A DNA stretch of 63,833 nucleotides, taken from Lama glama. Its lineage: Eukaryota. Within the stretch, counting starts at the first letter, position 1; every line of letters starts with the position of its first letter. The translations under genes and the position numbers were made by a program. Of the stretch, positions 12,331 through 25,395 are shown in pieces. The stretch spans positions 106,394,001-106,457,833 of the forward strand of contig CM052817.1 in assembly GCA_028534125.1 (NCBI GenBank). Direction: 5' to 3'. A model generated the notes under the pieces. The model saw nothing but the letters and a program-made list of their open reading frames with translations, ran no database searches and had not been told where the DNA came from.

Positions 12331-14451
12331 AAGGAAATCTCTTTAGTGTACTGGATAAAGACACTCAGGTGGAGCGCCATCCTTGCTGTTAATCATACCT
12401 GAGGAATGGTTTTTATACTCTCTCTTCATCATATTGCTTCATGAAATTTAATGCAAATGTCCGAACAGAAGAAAATCAGATGTCGCATGTCAGAGAGTAT
12501 TGACTGGGAATGAGTGGAGCTTTCTCAGCCAAAGCAAGTCCCCTGACTTTAGATGTTCGAATGATTTTTAAGTCTGGTTCCTTTTTCTTAATATTTTTTC
12601 AAGAGCCTAATAAATGGAGTGCTAGGAGTGGCTTCAAGGCTTAGCATTCCTTTTCACTGTGGAGCTTTCCAAATTAGAGGATGAAGCCACAGTGACACAG
12701 CGGGATGAGCAAAATGTTGCCTTTGCTGCCTCTGTTTGATTTGCATTTATGCTAAGGGTAGACATTATGTAAGCAAAATATAACCTACAATGTATAGTTT
12801 TGGGGTAATTTTATTCCATTTGGTTTTATGAGAAAGATGTAATATGGACTAGATTTCCGATTTTTAGCAGTCTATTTAACATCTGAATAAATATGTTGAA
12901 GCATATAGTGTTATATTGGTTAACACTATTTAAACTCATTCAAACTGTGTGAAAACCATCACTGTGCAGAGGAAAGAACAAAAACCAGAAGGAAAAAGGC
13001 CTGGTTCCCATTCTTCCTCTGTTACGAGTGGACTTAAACAAATAGAAACTTGGTTATGTGATTTGCAAAAGCAGATCTCACTTAGCTCTCCCAGCTATAT
13101 TTTTTAATGTGTTAGTTATCTTTATTTTTCTCATTATAAAATAATTGACACTTATAAGAAAAAAATATATAAATTGCATGTACAAAGAAGACCTTAAAAA
13201 CTCATCACTTACAGTTATGCAGTGGTAATATATTTTTTCTTTTTATATTTGAAAATATTTTTTTAAGCATGTTACCTGCATTTTTTCCTTTATGAAAAAG
13301 TTGTTTTACTGCACTATTTATAGATTTTTTTCACTCAGAATATGAATTAAAAGTGTTGCTATTTGGGTGTGTATTTGTCATGACTACAGAGTATTCTGCT
13401 CTAGGATAGTCAAATTGAATCAATTCTTCATTTAAATTGCTTACACTTTTTAACTCTTCTGCAAGAACTTCAACTAACATCATTATAGGGAAATATTTTT
13501 AAACATCTTAATAATCTGAACTAACTTAAGCAAAATGGAATTTCAAGGTAAATGATTATATAATTTCTATAGCATTTTAATATGTATTTAGGTCCCAATA
13601 AGAAGGACTGTATTTATTTTGTGCTCACCTTTTAAGTAGTAAGTTTCAGAAGTCACAGGTGCTTTGATGAATATTTCTTCCTCTAGTACTGTAACATTAC
13701 ACATTAATGCATATAATCACACAGGAGATGAACTGCCTTAGAAATGTTCACTTTCACGTGTTCTTTAGGTAGTCTGTAAGTATTTAACACATTTTATTAG
13801 ACTAGACTGCTGTGAGAAGATCAAAAATTCTTGTCATGTCTTTCGTGCCAAATTATGAATAAAATCCAGAATCACCTGGGAAACTTTTAGTCATCATGGA
13901 AGTGTGTATGTCTCTGAAAATAAAAACTCACTTCCACTTTTGGGGACAAAGACCTGTGTCTTGGGCTAAAGGCACTGTTGAAGGGGATACAAAGAAAGAT
14001 TATGAGATATTGTAATATAAAGCAGGATTGTCATGTGGACTGAAGATATCTTTAGCCGTTCTCCTATTCTTTTATTATGAGATCATTTTAATTTCTTTAT
14101 GAAAATATTGAAAAGTCACACCAGACTCTGTCTTTTCTACATTACAGTAAATACTATTATAATGATGTCTTAGCGGTTATTACAAAATGTTTCCCAAATA
14201 CTCCAAAAATCTCTAAACTAGTAGATTCCCATCAGCTGTGTGTGAGTGGTCTTCCTCCAAAACTTTTGCCAACATTGGATATTGATCTTATTTTTACAAA
14301 TCTACCACCTCAAGAAATCCCCTATATGTGTATATTTCTAATAATTTGCCCCTCAAGGCTGCATTATGTAAATAAATGCAGACTTCTTGAACATGGAACA
14401 AATGTTATTCATTATTTCATTTCAATAAAATCAAAATTTTATCATTGACAT

Positions 14452-14943
14452 TGTTGACTGAAATAAATGCATAGCCTAAAAGTTAAGAGTTATGTTTTAT
14501 TTGGCAGGAGGACTCGAGCTGGGATGACAGCCTCTCAGATGGCTCTGAGGGACTGCTCCGAAGAGGTAGGGAGGAGCCAGGATATGTAGGAGCTTTACAA
14601 CAAAGACCAGGTAGTTGGAACAATAAAAGATTGCTTGTTACCTAAAGAAAACCAGGCATCTTAAGTTAAAAAATTTAGTGCTTTTCTGTGTATGGGAGGA
14701 AGCAAACATTTGGGCTCATTGAATTCATCCCTTTGACAAGCACCTAGCTATCTAGGGCCAGTGCCCTGTCCTTTCTCATTCTGAGTCTGCTCAGAGGGCA
14801 CCATTGTGAGTGGCTGAGAGGCTGGGCTGCAGGCCTGTCTTCACTGGGGGGTGGCAGCAGCCGCTGATGACTTGGTTTCAGCATTCTTTGTTTACTGACG
14901 TGGTTGCAGTATTTTCGTTCACACTGCAGTATTTTCGTTCACA
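14452..14943 (-). mobile_element. ERV1-class solo LTR
   Basis: TG...CA termini, 4-bp TSD ACAT (14448-14451 and 14944-14947), minus-strand AATAAA near 14497; homologous to the LTR at 21573-22090. Confidence 0.9.
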
Positions 14944-15299
14944 ACATACATCAAGTAGACAAAATAGAGCATGATGTCATCTCTATGTCTGACTTCATTC
15001 CTGCGCATTCCTATACAGAAAATTTCCCATTAAGATATGAAATAAATGAAGGCCAAAGAGCCCAATTTTGAAGCTACTAAGAGCATGTAGCAATTAATAG
15101 TAATGGAAATATATATTAGAGTAAATAAAATGTACACTTTTCTAGCTTATTATCATTGCAACTATTAGATAATTTGCTTATAAGTGATTCTAATTAGGAG
15201 TTACAAAGCCTAGGGGAAATGTGTTCGTAATAAGTGAAAAGTAAGAACAATAAATTGCTTTATTTGAGAGTAATACTGATAGATATCAATAGTTTCTGA

Positions 15300-16100
15300 A
15301 AGTCTATAAATTTAAAAATATGATACAAATATATGAAAGGATCTATTTATGAATAAAAATTAAAACTTATGTTAAAGATTATTAAGAAAATTTAAACACC
15401 TCCCTTGAAATGAATAAAGAACAACTTGAGAAATTTCATAAATAAAAACTGCATGTGACCAAAAGAAGTATAAAAAGAACATAATCTATGTAAAATTAAA
15501 TAAAAAATACAGTAACAGAATTCTACTTTTTCCTGAAAAATGTCATCCAAGATGTATAGAAAAATGGATCATCAAGTAAAATTGCTTCCACAATTCTTGT
15601 ATCAAAACCATTAAATTCATCGCAAAGTTTGGTCAAAGAGTTTATGTCCAGGGATACAAACTAATGACAACAAAAATACTTGAAAAACTTTTGTGTTTAC
15701 TGTAGTATCATTTCCAGTACTAAAAAACAATAGTATAAACCAGAATGCCAGCCTATAGGCCTTTACTAGTTGCATATGTGTGCACTTACTTCATTGCAAC
15801 TATATACAACCAACAAAATGTAGATTTTTATTAAAATATTAATATAGAATGTTAATGATCAATATTTAGTACCAAGTGAAAAGTGGATGATATACCAGTA
15901 TATGATAATAATCCAAGCATGAAATATTTAGACAAACACACAGAGTTATAAAACTCTAAGTTTATAGAACAAGACTGGAAAAACATATACCAAAATATTA
16001 AGCATAAACATCACTGCATGTTCTACTTAGAGAAGTTTTCTTCTCATCTGCACTTTTGTATAGTACCCAAGCCGTCAATGATAATGATTTTTGTTATAGA
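15300..16100 (+). mobile_element. Very old L1 (L1ME-like) relic
   Basis: A-rich with decayed L1 3'-region blocks (gactggaaaaacatataccaaaatattaa); weak similarity only. Confidence 0.4.
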
Positions 16101-16746
16101 TTTTAAAGAAGGTACGAATATGTTTTAAACAATAACAACAAGGAAAAAATACATCTGTAAGCTATTTCATTTTTACATTTGGAATTTACTTTTATAAACA
16201 TTAATATAAAATGTTAAAACACAAGGATATTAAAATTACCCTCTTATGAACTCTGAGACCTGCTACTTTTTTTCTGTTCTGAGAAGAATGTGTGAACTAA
16301 GACATACTCACTAAGAAGACAAGATAATCCACAGGGCAAGCAATAGCATACCTAGAATTGCCTGTATCATTTTGTTTGTCAGTTTTAGATCATTAAGCTC
16401 TGTTTCAATGTATTTACAAGGCTACCTTATATACTAGTTATCTGAAACCCTTTCTTGATTTTCCTATCACAAACATTCTTCTCCAATAGAATTTTCATTT
16501 TTTTGCAATTTTTCAACAAGTTCAGTCTTCGGTATGATATAATATCTGGTCATTTGTTTTAAAATGTGTTTTTTTTTTTTAAGGGGAATAAAAGTTGGGG
16601 GAAAATGATGCAACAAAATTAAATCTCTAATTTGAGATTTAGAGAATGTGTTTTCTTCCTTCTATGCATATAAAGTAAATTTAATTTAAAAATTTCTAGT
16701 AAAGAACACATAGGAATTACTTAAGCCCTTTCTTTTAGTTTGATAC

Positions 16747-16935
16747 TGAGACAGGAGGGAAAGGGGGCAGGGCACCACCACTGAAGGAATGACACAGAAG
16801 TTGAGGACAGGGCAGATGGGTTAGAACCAAGACGGCAGAAGATTCGACTTCCAGTAGACCTTGAGCCTCATGGTGCATCCACAGGCACCATGATAATTCT
16901 TGTAAGGGCTAACCATCAGAGGTCCAAGAGTGGGT
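16747..16935 (+). mobile_element. MER41-like ERV1 LTR, 5' fragment only
   Basis: tgagacaggagggaagggggcagggca...gacttccagtagaccttgagc aligns with the start of the complete LTR at 62738; similarity stops after agtggg. Confidence 0.85.
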
Positions 16936-19900
16936 ATATTGATATGCCAAGACTTGATTTTGCATACACAGTTAGAGAAAGCCAGCCTGATAAAATCTCT
17001 TTACAAAATTCTGACTCTAAGGGAACAAAAGTCCTTCTAGGAGGAGCTTGCATTTCTTTCCCTGTGCCTTTGAGATGCAAATGCTCTACAGGTCAGGGAA
17101 CGCCTTCCTAAACCATCTCTAATTCTTGAGACTAGGAAGAAACAAAAGAGAAAAGAGGTCTTTTTAAACTTAAACAAGTAGACTTAACCTACGCCAAATG
17201 TTATTTATAAACTGATAAGCTTTATATTGTAATACCTGATTTATGACTAAGTTTTAAAAAGAAAACTATGAGACCTCTGTGTCTATCTGGATCTCTGTGT
17301 GTCTGTGTATGTATTTTATAAATATGGTGTTTCTAGCCCAGATGGTACTGCCAATATTAATTTGTAAATAAGCTCTATTTAATTGGCTTACACACAATTA
17401 ATAATTATATGAATTTTCAGAAATATAGTAGAAACCAATCAAAATGAATTTCAACTTTACATGATTTGGAAAATATTCAGTATTAAACTAATGTTTGGTA
17501 TTAAATTTAATTTCAGTTTATTTATTTAATTAGTACAGACATGTTTTTAAAGTCATCAACATTAAATATATTTCTATTGCACCTAGGTTTACTGAAGACC
17601 AAATAAATTCACATTATCTTTGGCATTTGTCAGCAAGGCATTTGTCAGCAAAAAAAAAAAAAGGTTAATCTAATGTCTCATGAAGTTTTCACGGGTAATC
17701 TAAACATAATTATTGGGGAAAAGTGAATTAAATGTAAATGAGATAACAGTTTTTAAGTGACCTCTTTAAGAATAATTATGTTTTATGGTATGTCTACTTA
17801 AAAATAGTTTTTCCAGATTTAGAGTTTTGGTAAATTAAGTTAAATGACAGAAGTTTATTAAATATCTAGATTATTCCCAAATACAAAAAGACATTAAAAT
17901 ACTAATCACAGAATGTAGGATTTCTTTTAAAGAAAAACTAAAGATATCTAGAACTATTAATAAATATGTTTAGTGCCACACTGAGAAATTTTCTATATGA
18001 AGCATCTTTTTAAAAATCATAGGTAGTACTTATATGTTTGCCAATTCTATAGAATGCTAGTGTAAAAGACAGTTCATAATTGCTTACTTCTTAGTTTTTA
18101 CTAGAAACTTAAGTTCTTAAAGGTTAAGGATTCTAATTAAAATATGTAATTAAAATTACTAAGAATTATAAGAAAAATATCTTTTTATGCAAGGAAAAAG
18201 AAGGCATAAAAATGAATGAACATTGTTTTAAGGGGAAAGAAAATAATTTTATTTTGAAGAGAGGTTAAGAGAGAGTAAGAGAATAAAGGGGAAGCATAAG
18301 ACAAAACCTGAAGGTAAAATAGGAAATTATAAGAAGCTATGAAAAAGAAACCCTGAAAAAAAGAGTTTAATATGTAGTCTGGACTGACTAAGATTAGAAT
18401 AAATTTAATTAAGTTAACGAATTTTAATATTAAAGGGAAGTAGTGCAAAACTGCAATTTGGTTTTCTCTCTGTTAAGAGGAAAAAGTTTCTTGCAATATT
18501 ATTCTGCTTCTGATAATAAATTATAAAGTTTCTCTACCTTTTAGGTAATATGTTGTAACTTTTTGTATTTGTATTTGTATTTGAAGTATTTTTTGTCCTT
18601 TAGTTAAGTGAATAAGTTTTGTTTCATGTTGACCTACGATTCTCTTTGATTATTTTAAACCCTTTTGATATCTTTGATAAACTTCCCCAAATCAAATTCT
18701 AAATGAAATTTTTTGACCTCTATCCAACTCTGGTATGTTTCAGAGGGCCCCTAAAATATCCAAAAAAAAGATATGAAACTAATCAGGTTTATTTGGTAGA
18801 TTAAATTACGTAGGAAGCATTATCAAATAAGTAGTGAAGAATCTTAGATTATATTGTTAGGGTAAATGTTATTAACATAAATGTTCAAGAAATTATATAA
18901 AATTTCTCAAATTTGAGTATGTCCTGATATGTTATCAATCATAATTTTAGTTATTATTTTAAAATACTGCATGCCACAAAAATAACCAATTTTCTCTGAC
19001 AATTGCATTGTAGTCAGATCTTAACCACGCCATTTTAAGTCTTGTCACTTATAGTTATTGTTTTATTCTGTTGTTTCTGCAAGAATGCTTCACCTTCAAG
19101 AAGATTCACAGAAAGGACTTTCTGACAAGGCCAGGTTTCTGAGAACTTTCAGATCATGTCACAAAACAGAATTCTAATGAAAATCCTGATGACTTCAGAA
19201 AACTGTTAACAGAAGATGAAGATCAATAGGAATTTGTTTCATAAGCCTGAATGATCATTATGACTTTTTCTCTGAAATTTACTTGTGTTTAAATTTTTTC
19301 TCTAGATATAAGGAAACTTTCACCTTAGGCTAATTATGACTTACAGTGATTTGGTTAATGACACCTTTGTAAGCAGAATTAAAACCTTTCTCTTTTTTAT
19401 CTACCTGATCCCTCCAGAGTTTGGAAACTCTTAGTGAATATTCTTATTTTTGTGACCATGTAGTCATTTTCATGAGTTCAGTAAGAATCTATTCTCCTTA
19501 TAACAAGACACAATTGGAACCATTGTTTATATTACAATGACTTTGCCTGGAATGTCATGTTTGAGAATATGCCTAGACTCGGATTTGACCAGACAGCTTC
19601 AAGGAACTAAAGTGAATTTGTGGAGCCATAGAGCCCCTGGAAAACAGCCTGCTGTCTTGCTTACTGGTTCCCAGTAACCTTACAGGGTAAATAAGAAAAG
19701 CTACTTCCTGGGAGGAGCAGGAACCTCAAGATATTTTGGAGACCTCAAGAACAGAGGAATCCACCCAAATCTGTAGGTATGTCTGGTGGAGTCTAGTGGC
19801 AAGTTCTTGGTGTGTATTTCCTGACCTTGAGAGGCCTTTTTAAAAGTCAATCTGAAATTATTTTTGAAAAATTCCAGCAAAATAGATTGATAAGAACATA

Positions 19901-21572
19901 TGCAATCAATTGCTATTCTTGTTACACATTTGTAAAAAAATCAGACCAATTTATTGAAAGTAGGCTTATTTTGCAAACAAATTAGCCTTAATATGTCTAC
20001 ATCTTGTAGAAATAAAGATAATTTTAGAGAAGAAATATGTTTCAGTGGATTTTAAATTCTGGTGTTGTTAATTGTCTTCAGGTTTTGTATTTACTGCCTA
20101 AGACCAACTTCCAAATGGCCCCTGGCTACTTCGCTGCATTATTATAAGTTTTAATTGAATTAAGAGGACATTCCAAGCTTGTTTCTGAAGCTTGTCACAG
20201 TGATATCTTTTAAAATGAAGATCAGATGCTTCATGATGTGTAACCAGGAGATTATGCATACCTGAAAAGAAGTCATTCAAAGGACACTTTTCAACCTAGA
20301 TGGAAAGGCCCTTATCCTGAATTCATATTTCCCATTTAAAACAGGGCCCTGAACTGGATTGGTCTATAGAGAGGGCTGCTAACTTCAAACTCACCTTAAA
20401 ACAACGCAACAGACAAGACATGACACCAACACCAGGACAACAAGAAGACAACATGAAAAGTAGACAGCTACCCTAAGATGCCAGACCTGACTTTTCATAT
20501 GACTATTTTTAGTTTTTCTTGATTTCTTGGACTTTTACATATGAATCAAATGTTTTTATATCACGGGCACAATCCTGCATAGACTTTAAAAATCAATCAA
20601 ATTGTTGGGTTTGTGATTAATTACCTGCAGTTACCTGCTTCTAGTTACTTTGGTGGATTTCTCCTCTACAAGGCTCTGATTGGATGGTCCTTAGGAAATG
20701 TAACCTTGAAGAAAGAAGTTATCATTCTGTTTGGGCCACTACTGATATGATTAGATGGAAACACTCACTTGGCCATATTTGCTTTGACCCTGGCCATAAA
20801 TATGAATTGTCCTTAAAGGTTATTCAAGTTCAATCAGAGCAACAAGCTAAATTTCAGTAAAAGAAACATAACCTCCCACTAATTAGGAGAATCCTCCCTC
20901 AATTACGGGATTGATTTATGTGTGTTAACACCAGGTTATGGTCACTTAAGTTTAAGCCCCCTTATGTTGGGAACAGTTAATTCATACTATAAATAATCAG
21001 CCTAATAACACTAGGAAATTGGGCTGAGTGCCATATCAATGATGCCAGTATAGCATTACTTTTAAAGACAGTGATTGACATGGGACAGACTGGGTCAGAC
21101 AACTGGGGGTATACTGGGCTGCAACTAATGGAAGTTCCTGGTTTAAATTTTTCTTACTTATGGGTTTATTAATGCTACTAGCAGTACTTTTGTTCTGCCT
21201 ATCCTGTAAGCTTATTTCTTATATAACCCAAAGTGCAATTTAGCCTCCAACAAAAATAATGATGACTAAGCGACTTGCAATGGTTTACCAAAAATATAGT
21301 TCTATACAAGATTGAAATTGTAATAATGTAACTCTAGGTATGGAAAGAAGCAGCAAAGAAGAAACACTTCTGGGACCACAGCAGACTCGTAAGACAGGTG
21401 GCCCAGAGTTTTTTATGGCTACCACCAACAGAGCCTCGTCCAGTCAGAGCACATGGAGTGGCTTCTTAATGAAAGCCTTGCCTGACTTGGAATTGAGACG
21501 TCCCAGTACTGTGGGACAAACTGCTCATAAAAAGCCTTCCAAGCCCTGGGCAATTTACAACCAAAAGGGGAG
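16936..21572 (+). mobile_element. ERV1 (MER4-group) internal region: long AT-rich non-coding tract, integrase tail, deleted env, polypurine tract
   Basis: FQPRWKGPY and IHISHLK integrase C-terminal motifs near 20260-20345; env remnant; PPT aaaaggggag 21563-21572 abutting the 3' LTR. Confidence 0.85.
20499..21330 (+). pseudogene. Retroviral env remnant resembling EnvR(b)/PABL-B type, with stops, frameshifts and a large internal deletion
   Basis: NQSNCWVC (CWVC 20603-20614), WWISPLQGSDW, LCWEQ..HT..N.PNNTR, TDWVRQLGVYWAATNGSSW, then directly hydrophobic FFLLMGLLMLLAVLLFCL. Confidence 0.8.
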
Positions 21573-21763
21573 AGTTAAAAAAAGAAAGAATATTGCCCAC
21601 CATCCAGTTCTACAAAGATCAATTAATTAGCCACTACCATCGCTGACCAACAGTGCGCCCTAAAAGGAACTCAGGATGAAAGCAGCCCGTGCCTTGGAAA
21701 AATAGCCCCCTTAGATAGTTAGATATCTCAGGGAGAATTTTAATACACTCAAATTCTTATATC

Positions 21764-21799
<36 letters not shown>

Positions 21800-21800
21800 G

Positions 21801-21849
<49 letters not shown>

Positions 21850-22090
21850 CACTAACATTAATGGAGATACCTATTCCTCATGACTAGCAGTGACCTTTTG
21901 TTGGAATGTGTGATTGACTGCGTGTATTCCCTAACAAAACCGTATGTATACACTGGCCACGCCCCCTACCTCTTTGAGCAGTGCATCAGAGCTATTCAAG
22001 AGGCTGTCTCTCTGGCTATGGTCCTCAGTAAGAGTCTGAATAAAACTCAACTCATGGCTCTTAACTTGAGCAATTTTTCTGCAGTCAGCA
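21573..22090 (+). mobile_element. ERV1 3' LTR containing a (TA)n expansion
   Basis: Follows the PPT; AATAAA near 22039; ends cagtcagca; shares actcaggatgaaa, tagatagttag and aaaagcactaa blocks with the 14452 LTR. Confidence 0.88.
21767..21845. repeat. Compound (TA)n microsatellite split by gaagcac
   Basis: Two TA runs directly visible. Confidence 0.97.
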
Positions 22091-23825
22091 CTGGTCAAGT
22101 TTGGACTTTATTTTGAGAAAAGTTGACTTAGAAAATTATTGATACTACCTTTCGGTGTTATGGGAGTATTGGAAGTCAGCATTACATATAAGTAAAAATG
22201 GATACACTGCTCTCAGTAGCTTTCACACTTACTGAGCAAGGTATCAAATAATGTGGATTACTGTTTTATTTATTTGATAATCATAACTGTTTGCCTGGAA
22301 CCAAAAACACAAATATAACTTTATTAATAACTCTATTGGTTCAATGAATGTCTCCTAAGTGTCTAATGAAATTGTTGGATCAAAGTAAAATATTAATTCC
22401 CTAATGTCATTTTTTTCATCTTTTTCAGTACCTCCCACTTTCTGCATAGGTGGGTAGTGCCCCAGGGGAGAAAAACATAACAAAATTTTTTCAATAAATG
22501 CTATTAATAAAAAAGATATATATTATAAGACGTTTATTTGTAAGTGGTCTCTTGCTTACAATCTCAAGTCATAGGATATAAATTAAAATGAGAAAGTATT
22601 GTTCCTGGTTTTATTCCATTAAGAAGGAATTAGAATGGAAAGAAATAAATAACAAAGGGCGAAATTTCTAAAAAATCGTCTTAACTTGAAAAACAATTAT
22701 CTATGTTATTTTGCTTTTATTTTTTAAATAATCCACTCCTTTGAAAGGACAAGCTTTTCATTCCAAGTAAGGACAAAGGATGGTTCTTGGCATTCAGTTG
22801 TTCTTTGGTATCTTTTCCTGGAAATTCCACTCTCTCTATCCTTCCTTCTCCTTTTTATTTCTTTTCTAAAATGTTGTCATCCTATTGAGAGTACATAAAA
22901 TTGATGAAGAAAAATAAGAACTAATAGAAACTGTGATAAGAACAACTAGACAGTAGTGTAAGGAGATCTTGACTGAGGACATTATTCAATCAAGGGCCAG
23001 ACTTTCATGAACCTTTGACCTCGTTCTGCGTCCTCTCTACTCCTGTCATTCAAGATTCCTAGATCCAGCAAAGACAATAAAGCTGTAAAAAGAGCAATCA
23101 GTGTCTGTTCTAGGAGCAACTGTTCTATAAGGCTGCTTCTCTTTCGGTCTTGCTGAACAGCCTGGGCTCTGTCACCTGCTGCCTTTGTGCCATCTGTCCA
23201 GCTGCTTTTATTTCACAGGACACCTGGTCAGTATCCTGAGTCCACTCTCACTCCAGAAAAATGCAGAGCAAGGGAAGCATTTCAGTCTTATTTACTCCTT
23301 GTTAAAATCCGGACAATGACCAGAGACATCCAGAAGTACACCTGAAAATGTATTTAAAAATAAAATTGTGAGCAAATAGGAAGCTAATTTAACAAATAAT
23401 TCATCTATGAGTAATTAGAAGTCATTTGAACTTTCTACAAAGTCCAAGCATAACCGTGCTTTCTTATGCAGGGAAGATAAGATGATCAATTGATGAAGAA
23501 TAAATTCTTGAGGGAGGCCTCTCCATATATAAATTCTCCTCAATTCACAGGCAATTTCCCTTTTTAGGTCAAAGAAAGGATTTTTCACTTTGAAATAATT
23601 CAAGTTCAGATAGAAAGTGCTTGTGCAGGTCCAATATTTATTATGACCGATATCGCCAACTCACTGGTTTTTAAACAGCTGAGAAGTGGAAACAAATGAT
23701 AGGAAAAAATTTGAATCACCTTCTTAATCCAGAGTTTAAACATAACTGTTCCACTTATAGCTCCTTAAAAAAAATAGCATTAAAAAATAACATTAAAAAA
23801 AATAGCATTTACAAAAATAGCATTT

Positions 23826-24050
23826 AAAAAATTTGTAGATACTGACAGGCATATGAAGAATAGATAAACAAGATTATACTGTACAGCACAGGGAAATATA
23901 TACAAGATCTTGTGGTAGTTCACAGCGAAAAAGAATGTGACAATGAATTTGTATATGTTCATGCAGAACTGAAAAATTGTGCTCTACACTGGAAATTGAC
24001 ACAATATTGTAAACTGATTATAGCTCAATAAAAAAGAAAGAAAAAAAAAA
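23826..24050 (+). mobile_element. 5'-truncated young L1 3' end
   Basis: gataaacaagattatactgtacagcacagggaaatatatacaagatc...ctcaataaaaaag and A-tail; close to the copy at 24997. Confidence 0.93.
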
Positions 24051-24996
24051 GCAATGTCCTGTTCGATTTCATTTAGACTTAAATCTATTAAAATTTTTCA
24101 AAATCTCTCTCTAATTAACCCAAAATCTTAATCAGACTTTATTCATGATCACAATAATTATTTTTGATTAACTAGAAAATTAAATAATGCTTGCTTTCAA
24201 GTTATAAATGGCATTTTAAAGTAGAGTTTAACTTACAGTTACTTTTGGACTTAACCAGCATTAGCCAAAAAATATGCACTCATATAAAATATGAGACCTT
24301 TTTGCTGTCGTCAGTGAAAAGGAAAGTTAGTGAAGTGTCTTCTCCCACTTCCTTAAAATGCTAATGCTATTTCAACACTGACTTATGTGTTTTTTTTTTC
24401 TTTTCCCCTTTTTCTATTACCTTCTAGATATCAGGGTCCCACCAGCAGCCGTTTTGCATCACTGGCTGAGACTGGCAGAAGCTACACATTTTCATTATAT
24501 GTTATTTCTGTTTTCTCAGTCTCCATGTCATCATTTTAATCCTAACTTTTTGCATTTGTAATACCTATTATTCCTGCATTTGAAATATATACACCATCAA
24601 ATTGCCAGGAGTTACAGTCACAAGAGTGTATAACCAAAAACGGATGTGATGAGAATAATTAAAATGTATTAAAATGGGAGAAAAATCCAGGCATAAAGAT
24701 TTATAATATTTTTAAAAAGTGTTTTAAAAAGTGCCTTTTGTAAAGGTAAAAAGTGCTTGATGATTTCAAGAAATATGGTTCTATGAATCCCACAATAAGA
24801 GCTTCCTAAGTGAGACACTGAAAGAAAATATACTAAAGAAAGTATATTAAAATAAAAATGAACATTTATTAATAACAGTCTGAAGCCACAGTGATTGATA
24901 GTTGGGTGAAGACTTGGTCAGCAGAGCTCCGGTTCTGAACTGGAAGGCAGACACAGAAACAGACAGCAGTAGTCAAACTAAAAGTGCCTACTTGTG

Positions 24997-25395
24997 TTCC
25001 TGGAGAATGTCATTCTAAGTGAAGTAAGCCAGAAAGAGAGAAAAATACCATATAAGATTGCTTATATGAGGAATCTAAAAAAAAAAACCAACAACATAAA
25101 TACAAAACAGAAACAGACTCACAGACATAGAATACAAACTTGTGGTTGCCAAGGGGGTGGGGGGTGGGAAGGGACGGACGGGGAGTTCAAAATGTAGAAT
25201 AGATAAACAAGATTGTACTGTGTAGCACAGGGAAATATATACAGGATCTTGCGGTAGCTCACAGCGGAAAAAAAATGTGACAATGAATATATATATGTTC
25301 ATGTATAACTGAAAAATTGTGCTCTACACTGGAATTTGACACAACATTGTAAAATGACTATAACTCAATAACTCAATTAAAAAAAGTTAAAAAAA
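24997..25395 (+). mobile_element. 5'-truncated young L1 with TSD
   Basis: End of ORF2 (LENVILSEVSQKE), 3' UTR and A-tail; 17-bp TSD aaaagtgcctacttgtg (24980-24996) / aaaagtacctacttgtg (25396-25412). Confidence 0.96.

Noticed and set aside
17622..17651. 15-bp tandem duplication ggcatttgtcagcaa (similar ones near 30211 and 53869)
   Set aside because: Ordinary slippage duplications with no spacer structure
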